Below, one piece after another: positions 60,868-64,000 of a stretch of DNA of 64,000 bases (positions within the stretch are counted from its first letter, which is position 1; the number at the start of each line of letters is the position of its first letter). The notes under the pieces were generated by a model, which worked only from the letters and a program-made list of their open reading frames with translations, was not told where the DNA came from and ran no database searches. The position numbers were made by a program, and so were the translations under genes. Where the stretch lies: NCBI GenBank assembly GCA_903813345.2, contig CAIIXF020000001.1, positions 28,892,001 to 28,956,000 on the forward strand, given 5' to 3'. Origin of the DNA: Owenia fusiformis. Taxonomy: Eukaryota.

Positions 60868-61674
60868 CAGTGGCGTAGCGTAGGTATTTTGTGAGTGTAC
60901 GCCATGAGTGAGCTAAGCGAACAAGCTTTGAGGGGGGTTGCAAGAAAATTTGAAAATGAATTGCATTTGAAGCGTTCTTGGGCGTTTTAAAATACAAAAT
61001 TCCGACTAATATGGATTAATGAAATGTAAATTATTGGCCATTTTTCAGAATATCCAATATTCCTTTAAAAGAGATCGAGTCATCCAGATTTCGATTCTGG
61101 ACAATCAGTAATGTCCCAATATAATTGCTCATAAAACATCATATATACCTTAGATATATCTTGAGACCAAATCATAAGCACGATATCGACAATATATTGA
61201 GGATATCAACAGGACAACCAAATGAACAACCAACTGTCAGAATTGAAACGCAATGGGTGGAAAACAATACAATGTTTTTTGGGGATTTATCTATATTGTA
61301 ACCCCTTAGAAGTAATAAATATGAATTCTCTAAGCCAAAATAATCTGAAGGAAAAAGCCAATCAGACTGGAACAAATTTGAGCGGGCTTTTTAAATTTTA
61401 TTTGAATTTCTATTTATGTAAGTAGAAATTCATGGCTAGGAACAATCATCAAATTGATACTGTTAACGAATTAATTCAAGCCTCAGAATTGATAAGTTGA
61501 TAAACAAACTTGTTTTACATCAAATAATACGAAAAAATCAGGGGGTTACTCTAATTGTGTTTTAGGAGACCCGATCTCTTTTTAAGTGTAGGGTGATTCA
61601 ATATATAAAATACTTTTCTCTAAATTTTGAGAGTACACCATGGCGTTTTATGAGTATATGTCGCTACGCCATTG
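60868..61674. mobile_element. hAT-like MITE with a nested TTAA-flanked element (~61066-61584)
   Basis: Outer TIR CAGTGGCGTAGCG / CGCTACGCCATTG; inner TTAAAAGAGATCG / CGATCTCTTTTTAA; inner sequence resembles ~30350-30630. Confidence 0.6.
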
Positions 61675-61730
61675 TGAATGTATGATTCATTGGGAAAATA
61701 TACATGTACCTCCAGTTTTAGTTTGTCTAC

Positions 61731-61933
61731 TGTACCTCTACTTAATTTGGCAGCCGTTTAAATTTGGTGCCAAATTGTTAAAGTCTGCCAAATTAAGTAG
61801 CCACCAAATTCCTAGTAATTTTAGTACCATGTAATGAAGTACCATTAGCATATTGTAATATTGCAAGCCCGCCAGATTAATTAGTCGGCAAATGTTCAAA
61901 TCCACCAAAGTGCCAAATAAGTAGAAGTACAGT
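61731..61933. mobile_element. Tc1/mariner MITE
   Basis: TA-CTGTACCTCTACTTAATTTGGCA ... TGCCAAATAAGTAGAAGTACAG-TA. Confidence 0.7.
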
Positions 61934-62825
61934 ATCAGACAAACATTAAGACAAACATAATATTGTACATAGTACTTATTTAATAATTTTAACATTTCAT
62001 ATAAGAAATAACCAAAGAGTAGTATAAGTAAATACCTCCATCAATTCATAACATATAAATAAAAGAAGTGTGACTCTCTGAGTAGTTAGTATTGTAAGTG
62101 CCAACACTCCAATTCTAATTTTGATTTATAATATTAGGGATACATAATACAACATTATTCACTGTCTTTTCTTATATGAAAAATTTAAGTCACCAAGCAA
62201 CACAGATGGAGGGCAAACAACTAGGTCCAATGTCTTTGAGACACAACCTTTAGACTATCTCACATGATGACTAGCTTTTGTACCATAAGTATTTAAAGGT
62301 AGTATCAGATCTAGAAAGCAACCTTAACCATAATTGTTTCAATATAAGAATATTTCTGGCTTAAATCATTCCTTGTCATGTTTGTGGTCATTGTTATGGT
62401 CTCCAACTTTTTTTAGGATGGTGTTCGGCAGTTGGTAGTTGGCATCTGTAATGAATGGCAGGTAGTGACATTTTGCCTTATTTATAAAAAACACTTTACA
62501 CTTTAAATCTTATATAACTCCATCGATTTATAACATATCACAGATATTTTTGGAGATATTATATTTGAGATCGTAAGGAATACATTGTTAGGTCAACTGT
62601 ACTTGTTGCTTGCAATCTTGTCACTGTCATATAGATCTGATTCTGCCTTAAGCATACTTTAAGATAACAGGCTACAAGATTGGAAAGGAAGACATCCCCT
62701 GGTCACCAAAGATTTGTCTTCTAAATGTAAAGAGAATTGCATCCTTCCTTTGACAAAAATATATTTTCATAGACATATTCGAAGGATTGTATCACAGCTT
62801 ATTCTTGGCATTTGTTTATTACTAT

Positions 62826-63329
62826 TCATATGCTAGTAGCTGATATAGTAGTTGGAACATTTGGAGAAGGCTCAATGACCAACTCTCTAGGATTTCCACT
62901 TGAGCCAGCATTAGTCCCTGGTGATGACTGAATCCCACTTCCACTCGTTCCAGAACTATTTCCAGAGTTTCCTTTTCCAAATTTTGTGTAAGACTTGATT
63001 GGCTGACTGGATTGTTCACTTGATGGGGTGCTTGACAACTGAATTTCTTTGTTTGGACCAGGTTCATTGCCAACCCCTGGGGGTATATAGTTACTTCTGG
63101 GTGCCTTGCCCTCATCTTTTGTCACATAATTAACTCTGGGCACTTGGGTTGGTGATGCATTAGATGTCATAGATGACCCCGACTCTGTTCCATATGAAAT
63201 TCCACTCACAGTCCCATTAGCTTCAGGAACTGTATTGAGACTATGGCTAAAGCCATTATTCAAATGAGTCCCACCATTTTCCCCAATCCCACTGTCATCA
63301 CTGGCTTGTCTTTTAACAAGGTGGTCCAT
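62826..63329 (-). CDS. Ser/Gly/Asn-rich coding exon (167 aa) of an unidentified gene, probably a terminal exon
   Basis: 504-nt open frame with coding-like composition, preceded immediately by a good acceptor (TTTCTGTTTGTAG) and ending in TGA; no recognisable domain. Confidence 0.65.
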   Translation of the reverse strand: MDHLVKRQASDDSGIGENGGTHLNNGFSHSLNTVPEANGTVSGISYGTESGSSMTSNASPTQVPRVNYVTKDEGKAPRSNYIPPGVGNEPGPNKEIQLSSTPSSEQSSQPIKSYTKFGKGNSGNSSGTSGSGIQSSPGTNAGSSGNPRELVIEPSPNVPTTISATSI

Positions 63330-64000
63330 CTACAAACAGAAACAATATTTAGTCAATGATTTTTCTGATTTATGTTAAAAGATTTTAACTGGGGAGCCAT
63401 GTGCTGAATAAAATTCAACGTACAGAAATTTAGGTTTATGCTAATACATGTAATATGATAAGCAAAGGAAGTGTATAATCTCTTGATCTATTAAATATTT
63501 CTGCTTGGATTAATGTTGAACTGTTATCATGTAACTAGATAACCTTGTTGCTCTTGTTGAAATGATATGATATTGATTCATAAAATCAATTGAAGGTCAG
63601 TAGTAAAACAAGTAGACAATTTGGTATGAGTAAACTGTTTAGTAAGAGGGGGATTAACCCCAGAGTTCAAAGATGACATACGCTTATAATGTAAACCTGT
63701 ATTGAGATGACATACACCTCTGATTGGTCCAAATCGATAAAAAAAATGGCAGATTCAAAGTTTTCTAATAACACTTCGAATAATATTATGTTGATTCCTG
63801 GCGTATTAACCAATATCATAGCTTGGTTTTTCACATCAAAATAAAGAAATATGTATGGAATATGTTTACATCAATTAAAACATCACGACGACGCGCTACG
63901 TTCGAAAATTAACTGGTGAGAATTTGCGCGAACAAAGGTGTTACGCAAGAGACATATTATGTCAGTCATCGCTAAAGCTCTGGGGCTTTCCCTCCTCTTC

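Overview
AT-rich eukaryotic genomic DNA with spliceosomal GT-AG introns; the gene and repeat content looks like an invertebrate, possibly a mollusc (weak inference). I could splice five complete genes by hand: IQCB1/NPHP5 (-, 14 exons), RPE (+, 5 exons, head-to-head with IQCB1), a FAAH-like amidase (-, 13 exons), a claudin/PMP22-like tetraspan protein (-, 3 exons) and an SLC28/CNT transporter (-, 11 exons) with strongly altered substrate-site motifs. There is also one Ser/Gly-rich exon of an unidentified gene near the right end. The most striking region is the 9.5-kb intron 12 of IQCB1. On the + strand, antisense to the host gene, it holds a five-copy tRNA-His(GUG) array, about 3 kb of closely spaced diverse stem-loops, three diverged hairpins sharing a UUGGCAAGU 5' arm with compensatory changes, and a 122-bp tandem array of about 31 units. 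Each intact unit folds into a pri-miRNA-sized hairpin whose arms are conserved while the loop varies. This looks like an amplified polycistronic small-RNA (miRNA or hairpin-RNA) cluster that would normally be masked as satellite DNA. That call rests on manual base-pairing only and needs small-RNA data. The window also has a 4.3-kb fold-back Academ-type transposon relic, many MITEs, and minisatellites seeded from splice sites.
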